Assembly: GCA_964016885.1 (NCBI GenBank) | Contig: OZ024744.1 | Span: 88,536,001 to 88,600,000, forward strand | Direction of reading: 5' to 3' | From: Eledone cirrhosa | Lineage: Eukaryota | Length of the DNA: 64,000 nucleotides | Part shown: piece by piece, positions 1 through 14,600 of the stretch | Numbering within the stretch: the first letter of the stretch is position 1 | Layout: the number at the start of each line of letters is the position of its first letter | Notes under the pieces: generated by a model | What the model was told of the DNA's origin: nothing | Databases searched by the model: none | The model's input: only the letters and a program-made list of their open reading frames with translations | Program-made: the position numbers and the translations under genes

Positions 1-630
1 AAAGAAACCTCGGTAATCTTAGAATCAAGGAAGCACTCATTATAGATAGAACACATCCACCAATCAATAATAGACTAGAGCTCAACACCCAATTTATAAC
101 CTGATAGGGCCTCTAGCCCCACTTTACACACCCCACACACACGCACGCACACACCCCCACTTATTCTCTCTCACACATACACACACAAAACCAGTTCTAA
201 CACCAGATAACACCTACCCCCCACTTTTACGATTAGACCTATCTTCCCACACTCACACACACACACATACCTACACCTTCATGCTTTCTCCCACACACAT
301 ATACAGGCACGCATATAAAATTTACATAACACAACAAAAACATAAACAAACCCCTCTTAAAGGGAGACTACTCTTTACCCACCTAATTTTAATTCTTTGA
401 TATTAAAGTTAGAACTCTATACTATTTCCGGTCAGCATGGCTTCATTGGAAATTTAGACGCTGGTCTGAGACTTTTACTTCCCTCCGAAGAAGAGATATT
501 ATCTCGAAAATTAAGGACATTTAAATAAATTCAAGGTGAAAGACTAATTCTCACCAATATCTCTCACTATTGCATTCTTTTTCTATGTCCATATCTGCAT
601 TGTCTTGGCCTTATTACACATATTCTAACG
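1..630 (+). mobile_element. Penelope-like element 3' end (GIY-YIG C-terminus plus pseudo-LTR)
   Basis: Start translates RNLGNLRIKEALIIDRTHPPINNRLELNTQFIT*, the KEAL..I...P.IN tail of PLE endonucleases. Homologous to 28752-29370 (-) and 31220-31845 (+). Ends at a (TA)n tract. Confidence 0.85.
482..516 (+). ncRNA. minimal type-I hammerhead ribozyme motif, C4 variant
   Basis: CCU-CCGAAGA-A-GAGAU(AUU)AUCUC-GAAA-AU-UA-AGG. The same core occurs at 28835-28870 (-) and 31696-31730 (+). Confidence 0.6.
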
Positions 631-632
631 TT

Positions 633-644
633 TATATATATATA

Positions 645-708
<64 letters not shown>

Positions 709-739
709 TATATACATATATATATATATACATATATAT

Positions 740-834
<95 letters not shown>

Positions 835-847
835 TATATATATATAT
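633..847. repeat. (TA)n microsatellite (one of dozens in the window)
   Basis: Direct reading; source of the poly-IY ORFs. Confidence 0.98.
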
Positions 848-848
848 C

Positions 849-1577
849 TAAGGCGGGTAAAATTCCCGAGATCCATGGACGAGTTCTCTCCAGCGGTCTC
901 TGTCCCTCATTATCGCTGCCATGTCCTGCGTCTCCAACAGACCAGTGTCTGTGGACCGTTACAGCCTGATGAAGATCTTACAAACTTATGGAATCCCCAA
1001 GAAGATAGTGGACCTGATATCACTGCTCTACACCAACACCAAAGCCCAAGTCATTATACCTGATAGGATGACAGAGTTCTTTGAGATACTGGCTGGAGTG
1101 CTCCAGGGAGATACATTGGCTCCCTACCTTTTTATCATCGTAGTGGACTATTGTATGCGCCTTGCACTGGAGAAACACCAGGACTTTGGCTTTACTGTAG
1201 CACCGGCTAAGAGCAGGAGAGTTAGGGCGAAAAAGGTATCGGATGCTGAATTTGCCGACGACATAGTTTTGGTGACAAATACAGTGAAGGAGGCAAAGGA
1301 TTTGATGCGGGAGGTTGAGACTGTGTCGATGAGTGTGGGGCTGAGAATGAATGAGACTAAAACAAAATATCTGGTAGAGAATGTTGAGAAGCCAGAGGGG
1401 ATCACTAATGTAGGCGGGAAGCCACTGGAATTGGTTGAGGACTTCTTGCATTTGGGAGCAAAGATTGGGAATACGGAAGATGATGTGGTTGAGAGGAAGA
1501 GCAAGGCCTGGGCGGCGTGCCACAGCTTGAGATCGGTGTGGAAGTCGGACCTTCGTAGAGACCTGAAAATCCGCCTC

Positions 1578-1580
<3 letters not shown>
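849..1580 (+). mobile_element. RTE-clade LINE reverse transcriptase fragment
   Basis: ORF 921.. contains GVLQGDTLAPYLF, FADD and GLRMNETKTK RT motifs; truncated and bounded by (TA)n on both sides. Confidence 0.9.
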
Positions 1581-1649
<69 letters not shown>

Positions 1650-1650
<1 letters not shown>

Positions 1651-1850
1651 AAAAAACGAAAAATCAGTGATGCATCTAGACTCAGTTTACGAAGCCTTAA
1701 GAAGATCCCATTAAGGGCGAAAGCAGCGATTCTTTGCTTAAACTTTAATCTGTTATTTTAATAAATATTTGCTCTAGGGTTCTTATATATTTGATATATA
1801 TTTATCCTTATTGAGCCCTCTATCGATTTTAGTCTTCATATTTATTATTA
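1650..1850 (+). mobile_element. short HHR-bearing repeat (family of 28220-28750), decayed HHR at 1694-1744
   Basis: AGAAGA-UCCC(AUUAA)GGGC-GAAAGCAG..UUGCUU-AAACU matches the reverse complement of 28237-28287. An inverted partial copy lies at 2475-2490. Confidence 0.6.
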
Positions 1851-2213
1851 CTATATATATATATTAAAAGAAATTATATATATAATTTCTTTTACAACCC
1901 TACTGCTGCAATAGAATTCGTCTCTAGCTTACAATTCTCTACCCCCATTTGAACTCTTGACCAGTCAATTAACACAATCAGATATACACACACATATTTA
2001 CAGAATATTTCCTTTGCCCCCAAAAAACAATTTTGTTCTATTAAGTAACACAACTACCAACACTACCGCTACTATCATGCCTACACAAGAATTCATTCAC
2101 CAGTCCACTTCTGAGCAAGGAAGATGGGAAAAAAACTTACTCCAACACTTAATTTTAAAACTTTAATTTTTAGTTTTTAATTCCTATTAATTCTTTTTAA
2201 TTGAAATACTCAA

Positions 2214-2257
2214 CATTTGATAAGATGAATTCTAATTATACATCGAAACCGGTAATC
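2214..2257 (+). ncRNA. hammerhead motif with U3-A8 core
   Basis: UUGAUAA-GAUG(13 nt)CAUC-GAAA-CCGG-UA with palindromic ACCGGU stem III; stem I is weak. Confidence 0.55.
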
Positions 2258-2435
2258 TTTTATATACTTTAAATACATTATAAAACTCTCTCATTTTTTC
2301 AATAATGTCATCTTTTCAATAATGTCACTTTGACGAAAGGAAAAAAAAGAAAATCAGACCCTAAAATATATTTTTCGTGCTATTTCCAACTTCACCTTTT
2401 CTCTATATCCAGTTTTGTATAGAACCTTACTTCCC

Positions 2436-2479
<44 letters not shown>

Positions 2480-2742
2480 TAACAGATTAAAATAAATATT
2501 TGCTCTACGGTTCTTATATATTTGATATATATTTATGCTTATCGAGCCCTCTTTGGATTTTAGTCTTCAAATTTATTATTATTACTATATATATATATAT
2601 ATATATATATCAAAAGTATATATTGAGTTAAAAACTCGCATTAGTCCCTTGTAATCAAAGTAGTTCGAGGAAAAAAATTTCCGAGCCTTGTGATTAGAAC
2701 GCATATGCATATATGTATATATCTGTGTCTCTCATTATTGTG

Positions 2743-3125
<383 letters not shown>

Positions 3126-3129
3126 GTAT

Positions 3130-3520
3130 ATGAGGTGGCGGGGGCTTTTCTGCATGAATGTATGTGCGATAGCAGCAGCAGCATCACGGATCTAGCAGCA
3201 GTGTATCATTGTGAGTTTTATCCGAACAGTGTCGAGGGTCATGCGTTAGTGCGGACTGAATTATTTCCTGGCCCTGAAGAGCATGGCCTGTCTGGTTGAT
3301 ACAGTTGCAGCTATGCTTAGGATGTCTTAGGAATGATAGATCCTCAATGATAGTGATGCCTAGCATTTGGAGCGAACACGAGACGAGAAGGGCTCTTTTA
3401 ATTACATACTGTTCATGTAAAAGGGTGATGTTTTGCTGTGATGTTTTAGTTCCATTCACAAACAATAACACTAAAAATGAATTGGATCCTTCACTGATTT
3501 GTTTCACTCACTCTAAGTAC
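3130..3520 (-). pseudogene. degraded CR1-type LINE RT C-terminal fragment
   Basis: Minus frame [24 protein letters not shown] resembles the HI.SIA..AS.KLGFLFRARKYFSP region of CR1-group ORF2; multiple stops. Confidence 0.55.
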
Positions 3521-4007
3521 AAATCTGCGATCATATAGGTTTAACGGTTTAACGGTTTAACGATTTAACGATAGCCTTTCGCTATCATATTTATTTCAAT
3601 TTATTAGGTATTTTTCACCGAACCTCTAATTAACGGGACACAAGCACACTTATATACAAACGCTAACACACACACACATACATGCGCACGCTGAATATAT
3701 ACGTGTTTCAAATAATATATTTTGCAGAACTGCAATCATTATTTACGAAGGATTTGTCCAACGACCACCGACTGAGTCATCTCTTTCTCGAGCAACGTCG
3801 AGTACTACTAGCACACACACAAACATATATATATATATATATATATACAGAAAGTGAGAGAGAGAGACAGACAAACAAACGGACAGACAGTACAAAATTA
3901 GTATGTGTGGGTGTGTTTGTCTGTGTGTGTGCGTGAGAGAGAGGGGGGGGGGAATGTGGAGAGAAATAGTTGGTTGACAGATTAGTTAGATATCTATCTA
4001 GCTAACT

Positions 4008-4122
<115 letters not shown>

Positions 4123-4199
4123 AATATAGATATGATAAAGAAATAAGAGATAAAGAGATCTATGTGAGAACATACACATAAAGAGAAATATGAGAGAAT

Positions 4200-5100
4200 A
4201 GAATGTTCAAGATGCGTGTGAATCTGTTTGAAATGAAAAATCCTCCGGATCTTGAGAGGGCATGTGAAAGTAAAATGCGTAAGTCGAAGGCTGTAACAAA
4301 TATTCAAAGCACTGAGAATCAACGGACAATAAAGTCACTTACATATAGCAAAGACACCAAAGAAACGTTAACGGCAGCAAAATACACTTAGGACACCAAA
4401 GAAAATTCTTCTCCAGCAGCCGTATACGACTCCAAATAGATGTTCAAAGAACACCAATTGATAATTAAGTCTGCAATAAAGGTTAGGACTCTATCAAATA
4501 TCCGATGCGCACGGTAGGAAGAATAATTAGTTTTTCAAGGAAAGTTTAAAACTACTGCAGACTTTGAAACTCTAATCGATATAATTATTTTATTTCCAAC
4601 AGACGTTTAAGGACTGCAGCAAATGTTTCGAGACAGCTCGGTTTCCCATAAGACAGGTTTCAATAGACTTAGAGTATGAGAAAAGTTTTCAAAGGCAGTT
4701 AATTCAGATTTACATAAGGAAATAAGTTTGAAGATAGCCTTTCGGAAATCAACACATATCTATATGTAGTTTAATATGTAAAAACTACGCTATTTTAGTG
4801 TGTTAATTGGATCTAACTACAGGATTCTTAAAATAAATATGTTAGTGTTGTGCGTGCTGGTGTTTGTGTGCAAAAGAATACGTTGTTTCGTCGTAGACAT
4901 TAGGTTTCATGAGCATCGACATACTTATTATAACACTTACTGCGGCAATCACCAACGCCAAATTTTTCGCTGAGGCAGACACATCTCTTGGTACCGTTGA
5001 TATAAGGTTTAGATTTTCAAGTATCTTCCAAGTGGTCTTATGCGGGACTCCTTAACCATTTAATTGTCAGACTCTTTGTCCCAGAGCCGTGCTGGTTCTC
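4200..5100 (-). pseudogene. highly degraded LINE (RTE-like) RT fragment
   Basis: Minus-strand remnants NIFILRIL and VDFRKA of RT motifs; heavily frameshifted. Confidence 0.4.
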
Positions 5101-5369
5101 GTATGAGGGTTTCTGGGGTGGAGGCGAGAGTAAAATCGTTGTTTAAAACAATGTTGGACGACACCCACATATGTATATTACATATCACCACATAACAATA
5201 TACATCTACTATACTGAGTACTCACAGACATAAATACAAACATATACATTTCAAATTTGTATCTTGTGTTATTTTCCTTTGTTACAAGGTAAATAAATAT
5301 ATATATATATACTTTCATAAAGGAGCGTTTAATGCCCTATACGGTATACGGTAATTTAAACTTGTCCAA

Positions 5370-5471
5370 GCTCCTGATGACTAGGTCACAAATTTGATCG
5401 CTCTTCTACTCTGCACTACAATGCAGAATCCAGGGATATGACCAAAATTGGATCTTGAAACCTTAGGGAGC
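5370..5471 (+). ncRNA. hammerhead-like motif with long extended stem II, cleavage dinucleotide missing
   Basis: GCUC-CUGAUGA-[~76-nt hairpin: AGGUC/GAUCU, CAAAUUU/AAAAUUG, UCUGCA/UGCAGA]-GAAA-CC(UUA)GG-GAGC. Confidence 0.5.
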
Positions 5472-5637
5472 GCTTTTTATTCTATGTATGAACATATATA
5501 ATATATTTCATTTTCTTCCCATTTTCCACATCCACCGATATTTTACTACATATATACGCGCGCGCACGCACACTTACATACACATAAACACACACACACA
5601 CATACATACATACGTACATAATACATACATATGTATT

Positions 5638-5677
<40 letters not shown>

Positions 5678-5683
5678 CATCGA

Positions 5684-6000
5684 GAAGGTGCATGGCTTAG
5701 CGGTTAGATTGAGAGGTTGCAAGTTCGATTTTCGTACCGGGTGATGCGTTGTGTCCTTGAGCAAGACACTTTATTTCACGTTGCTCCAGTTTACTCAGCT
5801 GTAGAAATGAGTTGTGACGTCACTGGTGCCAAGCTGTATCGGTCATTACCTTTCCCTTGGTCAACATCGGTGGCGTGGAGAGGGAAGACTGGTATGGGTG
5901 ACTGCTGGTCATCCACAAACAACCTTGCCAGGAATTGTGCTTCGGAGGGAAACTTTCTAGGTGCAAAACCATGGTCATTCATGACCGAGTGGGGGGCCTT
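5684..6000 (+). mobile_element. tRNA-headed SINE, family A
   Basis: A box (TGGCTTAGCGG) and B box (GTTCGATT), then GTCCTTGAGCAAGACACTT body. Copies at 23100, 26880, 35555 and 55805. Confidence 0.85.
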
Positions 6001-7354
6001 AAAGAGAAAGAATATATTCATACATACTTACCTTATAACAACTTATAACAATCATATGTAACACCAAACATACATATTATATATGTGAATGTGTATGAAT
6101 GTGTATGGATAATTATTACAACTATAATAAAAACTTGAATGTTGGTGATTATGGTGATGGTGATGATGATAACAATGATCACGATCATTGTTATAATGAA
6201 AATTGCAAATTAAAATATATTTTTTTGATATGTTGATTGGTTAATCACCGCTAGGAAAGTTGCCTCAATATTTTGTTATCATTGTTATTATGGCTAGTCC
6301 ATTCCACTTTTGGCAATTAAAATTATTAGACAAATTCTTTTCAAACAACACCCAGCCTCTTAAATTAAATAAACAGGACATATCGGAGAATGCTGTCCCA
6401 GATCATCATCATCATTCGATAGATGGCGGCATTCCTACCTCCATCGTTGCAGTATTTGTAATTTATCGTGATCTCCTGATCGGCAAATATGTTCTGACAA
6501 TCGGTGGGAACTGCATGGGAACTCGATGCGACTTGACGCTTTAACAACTCTGAGAATCGGGTCGATAAAAGAAATGGGAATAGTCTAAACCCTATAGATG
6601 AAAGAAAATAACTCAGAAAATTGTTAGACATACTAAATAGTAATGCTGTAATACACAGTGAGTTGGAAATATTTGATCAAATGGATTTTCACATGCAATT
6701 ATTAGTTAAAAACTCCCTCTTAAAGAAATAAGGGAGACGCGTTCGAATTATCAGTGAATTTGAATTTTAGGAAAATTAATTAAAAAAAAAAAGATCATTT
6801 ATTTAAAGCTAACTATCAAAAGCAACGGATCTATTTTGGTTTTTATTAGACATCTTACATGCCTTACATATATCGAACACCTTGACAAAACAACATCAAA
6901 AATAAAATCTTTAATGCTCTCATAAATGTAAGCAGATGTGTGTCTTCTAGGTGTTTCAAGTTAAAGAAATGTATACAAAGCAAAAAATAAAAAGCTGTTT
7001 ATATACACGATGATGCTAAACGACAATTTGAGAACAAAATATTGATCTTTAAGAGATTGTTGCTTAATCCGGGATGCATCGATTTTTAAAATAATTTTGT
7101 TTAAATAAACAGACAGCTGTATGTCTATAGCAACCAAGTCTTTCAGTATTTATATATGAACCGATTCCACAGAACTAGTATCAAAATTGCGTATTACAAA
7201 ATGCTAGCTTTGATTGTTTTCGTGGCTATAATGATATACGGTGGCTATAATGATATACGTACAATGGTGAATAGAAAAATATCGACAGATATTCTCCAAG
7301 CAATTACAAACAACATAATTCATCTCTAGAGGTGTTTAAAAATCTATAAAGAGG

Positions 7355-7735
7355 GACTATCGACCCCAGTATTTGACTGGTATATTATTTCCTCGACAAC
7401 GGAAGGATGAAAGGAAAAGTTGGCCTCCATAGGATATGAAATTAGAATGTAAAGAAACAGACGAAATACAACGAACCGTTTGTACGACACACTAAAGACT
7501 TAGCCAATCCAATAATAATAATTATCATTGTTATTTCTTTATTGGCGGTGGATTGGCAGTATCGGAAGAGGGTCGGACGCCATGCATTGCAGCATAGAGT
7601 TACGGCCCTTTACAGTCTGAGTTCAAATCCCACCGAGGTTAAATTTGCCTTTCATCCTTACGGAGTCGATAAAATAAAGTAGCAGTAATGCACTGGGATA
7701 ATTGCTGGCATTGTGCCAAAAGTAGAAACAACACA
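7355..7735 (+). mobile_element. SINE family B, two tandem copies
   Basis: GGCGGTGGATTGGCAG head, GAGTTCAAATCC B box, GCCTTTCATCCTTACGGGGTCGATAAA core, tail GGCCTTGTGCCAAAAGTAGAAAC(ATT)n. Confidence 0.85.
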
Positions 7736-7739
7736 ACTA

Positions 7740-8390
7740 TTATTTCGTTATTGGTCACAAGAGCCGAAACATGTAGGGCAAAACAAAAAGACAGGGTCAG
7801 TGGGGTTTACAAAAAATTGAAAGAGTGTAAACAAATAAAACATAATAATAAACGATATATTATTATCATTAAAAAATGCCCAATAGTGGGGAACACCTTA
7901 CAGGAGTAACTTAGGAACCACACAGATCCTAAACCACCATAATCTCCAATTGCACCATAGAAAAGTTCACCTCCCTACTCGAAACTCACGAGCCTACAGG
8001 TGCCTTCACTCGGGCCCTCCTTGCAACGCTCATCTACCTCATAACAAATGTACTGGGCGTAGCACTTCCTTCTCCACCCTCACCTTCTTTTCCAAGTGGA
8101 ATTTGATAAAGCCGACGTGGGTTTGACCTAAGAGAAAAGTGTCTGTCTGCCATCCTTTTAGCGGCGTCCACAGCACAACATCTTTCACCACACATATCAG
8201 ACAAAGGAAAATTGCCTGCCCTTGCCAGCCAAAGGAAGATGATAGAGCTATTTTCGCGATGGAATCGGTCGGTAGCAGGATTCGTCATACACGCGCCAAT
8301 AACTGTTCGACAAAACTCTACATGTGAACAACTCCCGAGCACTTGACGAGTGAGTATAGAACAGTTTAGTCTCACTGACCACATCTCATC
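7740..8390 (-). mobile_element. L1/Tx1-clade LINE 3' fragment (older copy)
   Basis: 3' UTR homologous to 14950-15230; degenerate ORF2 C-terminus. Confidence 0.7.
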
Positions 8391-8399
8391 AAAGTGTGT

Positions 8400-11300
8400 G
8401 GGTTTTGGTCGTGTAAATAGGTTATAACAAGATAGAAATCGGGATAGAAATCAAAAAAATTCAAACAACAAAAATTCCCCAAAAAGGAGGAAACCTCCGA
8501 GGGTCACTGGTGGTGAAAACCACACAAAAGACCACGGCTTCCCTGACCACCAGGGCAAGCGCCCTCTCTCACTTTTCCCACTCCTCTGTCTACAGACGTA
8601 TACTCGGAGCGGGCCCGTTCACTCGGACAAGACTCGCCACTTTCACCCACCTTTCAACTAACTTACTAGAAGACAGCACTTGCCTCTCCACCCTGATTTT
8701 CCTCTTTAAGTGAAACTTTAAAAAGTTAGTCAGGGATTGGCCGAAGAGGAAAGTGTCCCTCTTCAACCCTTTCAACCTTGTCCACCACAAAATGTCTTTC
8801 GTCATGGCCACCAAGCCGAGGATGGCGGGGCTATCTGCACAATGGACTCAGTCGATAACCGAATCCGTCCAACACGCGACAGCAGCTGTTCGACATAGCT
8901 CTACAAGTCATCAATCCTCGGGCACTGAACGAGTGCGTGCAGGACGGTTTCGTCGCCCTGCGCGCATCTCGGACAGCAAATGGATCGTCTGACCATGGGA
9001 GCACGCCCCTTCCACAAAAAGCGGAAGAGAATGCGCTCCATTTTGGTCAGAGTTGGGCGGGGGGCTAGGGACGACGGTCAGGCGGTAGCAAATGACGGAT
9101 GCTATGTTCGCATTCGCCACCTCTGCTCGACCTTTCAGAGACAGCCTCCTCTCGGCCCATTTCTGGGTGAGAGAGGCCACCCTGCTCGTCACCTCGCTCC
9201 AGTTTTTCTCCATTTGGAGGTCCGGACAGAACCAGACCCCGAGCAATTTAACCGGTCCTTCCGTCCAACGCCCCACGGCGCTGTCAGGCGGCATGGACTT
9301 GCCTCTCCAGGTGGCGAGTTGCAAGTCCACCGACTTTTCCTAGCTTATCTTTGCTCCTGTCACCGCTTCGTAATCCTTGAGAGCGGTGTCGAGAATCTGG
9401 ACGTGTTTGGTGCACGACACCACCACAGTGACGTCGTCGGCGTAAGCTGACACGGACCTCCCGCATAGCAGTTCGCGTGGGACCCCCCTCATCGTCTCCA
9501 ATTTGTGCAGTAACGGCTCGAGGGCCAGTATGTACAAGATGGACGAGAGGGGACAACTCTGACGATCCGAGCGCATGATGCCGAAAGGCTGCGACAGGTG
9601 ACCATTTACCCTCACAATCGAGCAAATGTCGCTGTGCATCGCAGCGATCCAGACCCTAAAAATGAGCCTGAAGCCGGCTGTCTCGAGGACCGCAGCTAGG
9701 TAGCGATGGTCGAGCCTATCAAATGCTTTAGCTTGATCCAAGTTGATCAGGACCCCACCCGTGCAAGGTTCATTAACCACCCTCTCTATGATGTATCGCA
9801 TGAGATAGAGGTTGTCGTGGATGGATCTGTCGGGAATGCCGCATGTCTGCGCCTCTCCCACCAGATCACAAACGACAAGCGTCAATCTCTTTGCTAACAC
9901 CCTGGCCAAAATCTAAAACTCTGCGTTTAGAAGCGTTATAGGCCTAAAGTTGTCTAGAACGTCCCCCTTGCTCGGGTCTTTTCTCAGCAGCGCCACCGCT
10001 CCCTGACTCACAAAACTGGGAGTGCTCCCGTTCTGCTGCCAGTTGCAGTAGACATTTGTCAAGAGGTCGCCAAACAAGGCTGGCATATACGCATAAAACT
10101 CGTAGAGCAGACCATCCAAACCTGGCGATTTATCCCTCGTGACGTCAGACATCGCTTCCCGTATTTCACCTGCTGTTATCGGCTTTTAGCAGCACTTCGC
10201 TGCGATCGTCGAGAGCCGCGGCAGTCCGTCGAGGTATGCACCGAAATCCATACTCCGAACCGGCCCGCCGCCGCTCCCGAACAATTAAGCAAAGTGCTGT
10301 TGAAAAGCCGCACATATATGCTCGGGTTCGAGCAACATGCACCAGTTTTGATCAGGCAAAGACCGAATTGTGTACTTGTTACTACGTCGCGCCTCCACCA
10401 CCCGGGCCCATTGAACAGCTTTCGTACCCTCGTGTCTTAGAGCACGCGGTCTAGCTCTGACAAAGCAGCCTTCATGCTTTGCGTTGAAGAATTGGTCGAG
10501 TGCCAATCTCGCCGCAAGCACGTCGTTTGCGATGCCTGTCCTAAACGCCTCTTCTAGCTTTCTAACTAACTCTCCCTCTACTCTATTTTCCTCTATCACC
10601 ACTCCTTTGCTAAACCTTACGATTCTACTCTAATATCCTTTTTCAGGGTGAACCACCACCTGTTGTTGACGATCGCACCCGTCAACGCACGCTTAACTAA
10701 TTCGCTAATCCAGTCTCTGTAAGCTTTGCGCGCCGGGAACGACGCGTTCAGCTTCCAGTAGCCGGGCGCTTACCTATGGAGTCTAGCTAAGTCAACTTCA
10801 CAGATCACAAAGTTGTGGTCCGTGTAGTCGACTTCTTTAAACTGTGGACAACCTACACTAGCCTTATCTGTTTCCCTACAGACTACCCTATCTAAATACG
10901 ATCTGGATGACTCGATGCGGTTTGCCCATGTCCACATTGGCACATTCGGATAATCCAGTCTATACCTGTCAGAAAGTTCAAAACGTCTGAGTAGGTTGTT
11001 GAGGCTTTTACACCCTCCTGCCATGTCTACTAGTCCCACATAATCCCAGCGTGCATCTAAGATACCGTTCCAGTCGCCCACCAACACTAAAGAGCGGGAC
11101 GTTCCAAGAAAGGTCTCTAGACGTCTGAAAAAATCTGGCCGTCCTGCCCCAGTTGGGGCGGCATAGACGGCTACTAGCCTGAAAGCATTGCCTTCGCTGC
11201 CGGTCACGTCCAGCACCACCGACTTAGCTTCTGGATCCAGCAAGATGGCACATATGGCGAGATCCAAACCTCTCCGAAAACCACTCCCCCCCCCCCCGAA

Positions 11301-11675
11301 CCTGGACGTCTGAGAGATGCGTATACATCGTGCAGCCGAAGATCGGTGTTAAGGCTCGTGCTTCGGAGATTCTGGTCTCGCTGATAGCCACCACATCTAT
11401 GTTTAGTGACCTGAGGTCGTTGAGCAGGTGACCCTGCTTCCAAGATGACCCCAGGCCACGTACATTTATACTGCCTATTGTAAGTACGGCCATGCTAGAT
11501 GAGAAACGGGGCAAGTGAGAAAGGACCCTTACTTTGATCGTGGGGTGAAGGGAGAGTAGAACCGTCCCTTTGGCTGGTCATGGGTGTTTCCAAGAGGATG
11601 TCAGTGTATATCCTCTTGGTAACCGACCCTCTGAAATCTCCAACTGCGTTGGAGAATTTTTGTTTAAAATGTTTT
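8400..11675 (-). mobile_element. L1/Tx1-clade LINE, 5'-truncated, disrupted ORF2 (APE endonuclease + RT) and ORF1 C-terminus
   Basis: ORF2 start MAVLTIGSINVRGL at 11493; ISET, VGDWN and SYLDRV endonuclease motifs; KSPGLDGL, NFRPITLLN, LDQAKAFD and AYADD RT motifs; several stops and frameshifts. Confidence 0.92.
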
Positions 11676-14600
11676 TCTGGCAGGCTCGGGTAATAAGAAC
11701 TAATGGATGGATAAGCGAGCTGGAACTGGAGGAACTGAGCAGAGAGATTAGGTTGGAAATGGAGGGTGGAGTATGCCAGGCAAACGGGCCAGTGGGAAAT
11801 GAATGTGAAGAGGTTGAGAGAACGAGGAAGCATCCGAACCAGACAATGATCTGAATGCTGAGATAAATAATACCTGGAACAAAGATACGGCCATTGAGGA
11901 AATGAATGCTGACGGGCTAGGACAAGATTTGGTTGATATCCTAAACTTAGTGGTAAATGAAATGAACAATGATAGTGGGAAACCTATGAACCTAAGATTT
12001 GTAGACAGGAAAAAGTTAAAAGAAACAACAGCTAAGGTAAACAAAGTCATCCCATACCTTGAGGCGAGGAGCCTTCACCAGTGCAACAATATCCTCAAAG
12101 CAACAGCAAATGCGGTGAGGAAATTACTTTGCATAAAAGCGAGAGGAAACAACAAACAAGAACCTTGGTGGAAGAAACAACTGAATGGTCAAATCAGGGA
12201 AATGAGAAATGACATTGGAAAGCTTGAGTCCCTACTGAATGGGACACTAAAAAACATAGACACTAAAAATAGACTGGAAATAAAGTACAAAACTAGGGGA
12301 AAAAGCTAAATATTATCATAGAGGAACTGAAGCAACGCATTGTAGCAAAGAGTGCAAAAATTAGGCGATACGAAAGCAGAGTCAGTCAGTATAGACAGAA
12401 CCGCATGTTTTACAACAACCAGAATCTGTTGTTAGGACAGCTTGAAGGGAAAGAAAGAGGCAACGACTTGATCCCTGAGGCGGAACAAACTAAGACATTC
12501 TGGAGAGGAATATGGGTGCAGGATGTTAAACATAATGATCAGGCAGTGTGGATTGAGACAGTACAAAAGGAGATTAGTGAACAGGCACAGCAACAAACTG
12601 ATTTGAGTATCACAGTTGAAGCTCTTAAGGGGCAGGCCAAAAAAACTAACCAACTGCAAATCACCAGGCCCAGATGGTGTGCAGGGGTATTGGATTAAAA
12701 ATATAACATCCCTCCACCCGAAACTGACAACCATGTTCAATAACTGCTTGATGTCAGGTGAGGTACCAGAGTGGTTGACAAAAGGTACCACAGTTCTGGT
12801 AATGAAAGACCGAATCAAGGGTAATGATGTTACCAACTATAGACTTATCACATGTCTGTCTGTAATGTGGAAACTGTTAACAAGCATTGTGTCTGAGGAA
12901 ATCTACCATCACCTCCACATAAACAACTTCTAACCGGACGAACAGAAAGGATGCCGAAAGACGTCGCGTGGTACAAAGGACCAGTTACTTATTGATAAGA
13001 TGGTAATGAGGAATTGCAAGAGGAGACACACTGGTCTTGCCATGGGATGGATAGACTACAAAAAGGCATTTTACATGGTACCTCGTTCTTGGATCACCAA
13101 AAGCCTAGAGATCTTCAAGGTGGCAGATAACATCAGACAGTTGTTGACCAAAAGAATGAAGTCCTGGAAAACAGAGTTAACATCGGCCGGAGAATCCTTG
13201 GGAGGCGTGAAGATCAAGAGAGGTATCTTCCAGGGAGTTAGTCTGTCCCCTCTGTTGTTTGTTCTTGCCCTGATGCCCCTGACCATTATACTGCGAAAAG
13301 TGAGAGCAGGATACAAGTTGGGAAAGGGAGAGCTTACCATCAATCACCTCCTCTTCATGGACGATCTTAAGCTCTTCGGGAAGAGTGAGAAGGAGTTGGA
13401 TGTGCATGTTGACACTGTCCGTATTTTCAGCAGTGATATACGTATGCAATTTGGTACTAGTAAGTGTGGAGTCCTAGGGATGAAGAGGGGTAAATTGAGC
13501 AGAAGCCACGGAATCCAGATACCAACAGGTGAGATGATAAAGGAAATTGACACTGAAGAAGGATACAAATATTTAGGTGATCTGGAGGCTGGTGACATCA
13601 AGAACAAAAAACTGAAGGAATTTATAAGATCTAAATTCATTCGGAGAATAAGGAGCGTATTAAAATCACATCTGAACAGTAGGAATGCCATGAGTGCAGT
13701 AAATTCCCGAGCTGTGTCTATTATTAGGTACAGTGCGGGAATTCTGAGAGGGAATGTTGCTGAACAAAAAGAAATGGATAGGAAGACTAGGAAGCTATTG
13801 ACTATCTACAACATGTTCCACAAGAGGAGTGATGTCGATAGACTCTACTTAAGGAGATCTGAAGGTGGAAGAGGTCTTATCAGCATAGAGGACTGTGTTC
13901 AGATGGAGAAAAACAACCTACACAAATACAGGACTGATAGTAGGGAGCCAATGCTCAGAATTGTACTGAAGGAGATGACAATAAACCAGGGGATGTCCAA
14001 GGAGGAAATAACAAGAAGGAGAAAGAGCAACCTTCATGAAAAATGCCTTCATAGTACCTTCTTTGAGAAAACTGAATTCAGAGATACACAGACATGGAAC
14101 TGGTTGAAAAGAGGAGACCTTAAAAAGGCTACAGAAGGAATGTTAATGGCTGTGCAAGAGTAGGCCCTTAAAACGAAGTGGCTGAAACACCATATTTACA
14201 AGGAGGATGCTAGCCCACTGTGTAGGATCTGTGGAGAGAGAGAGAGGAGACTGAGGCTCACATTGCATCCGAGTGTAAACACCTAGCCCAGACTCACTAT
14301 AAGGGCTGGAGACATGATGTGATGGGCAGGGTGATCCACTGGCACCTATGCAAAGTAAACAATTTACCATATTCTGAGAAGTGGTATGAGCATAAGCCAG
14401 AATCGGTGATAGAAAACGATCAGGTGAAGGTGCTGTGGGATTTTAGGATACAGACGGACAAGAAACTGGAACACAATAGACCTGACCTGGTGGTTTTGGA
14501 CAAGGAAAAAAGAGTGTGCCTGATTGTGGATGCAGCCTGCCCATTCGACACAAGAGTTCAAGAGAAGGAGAGGGAGAAAATTAACCGATACCAGGACTTA

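Noticed and set aside
5684-5745. tRNA-like sequences at SINE heads
   Set aside because: They lack a full cloverleaf and continue into SINE bodies, so they are not tRNA genes.
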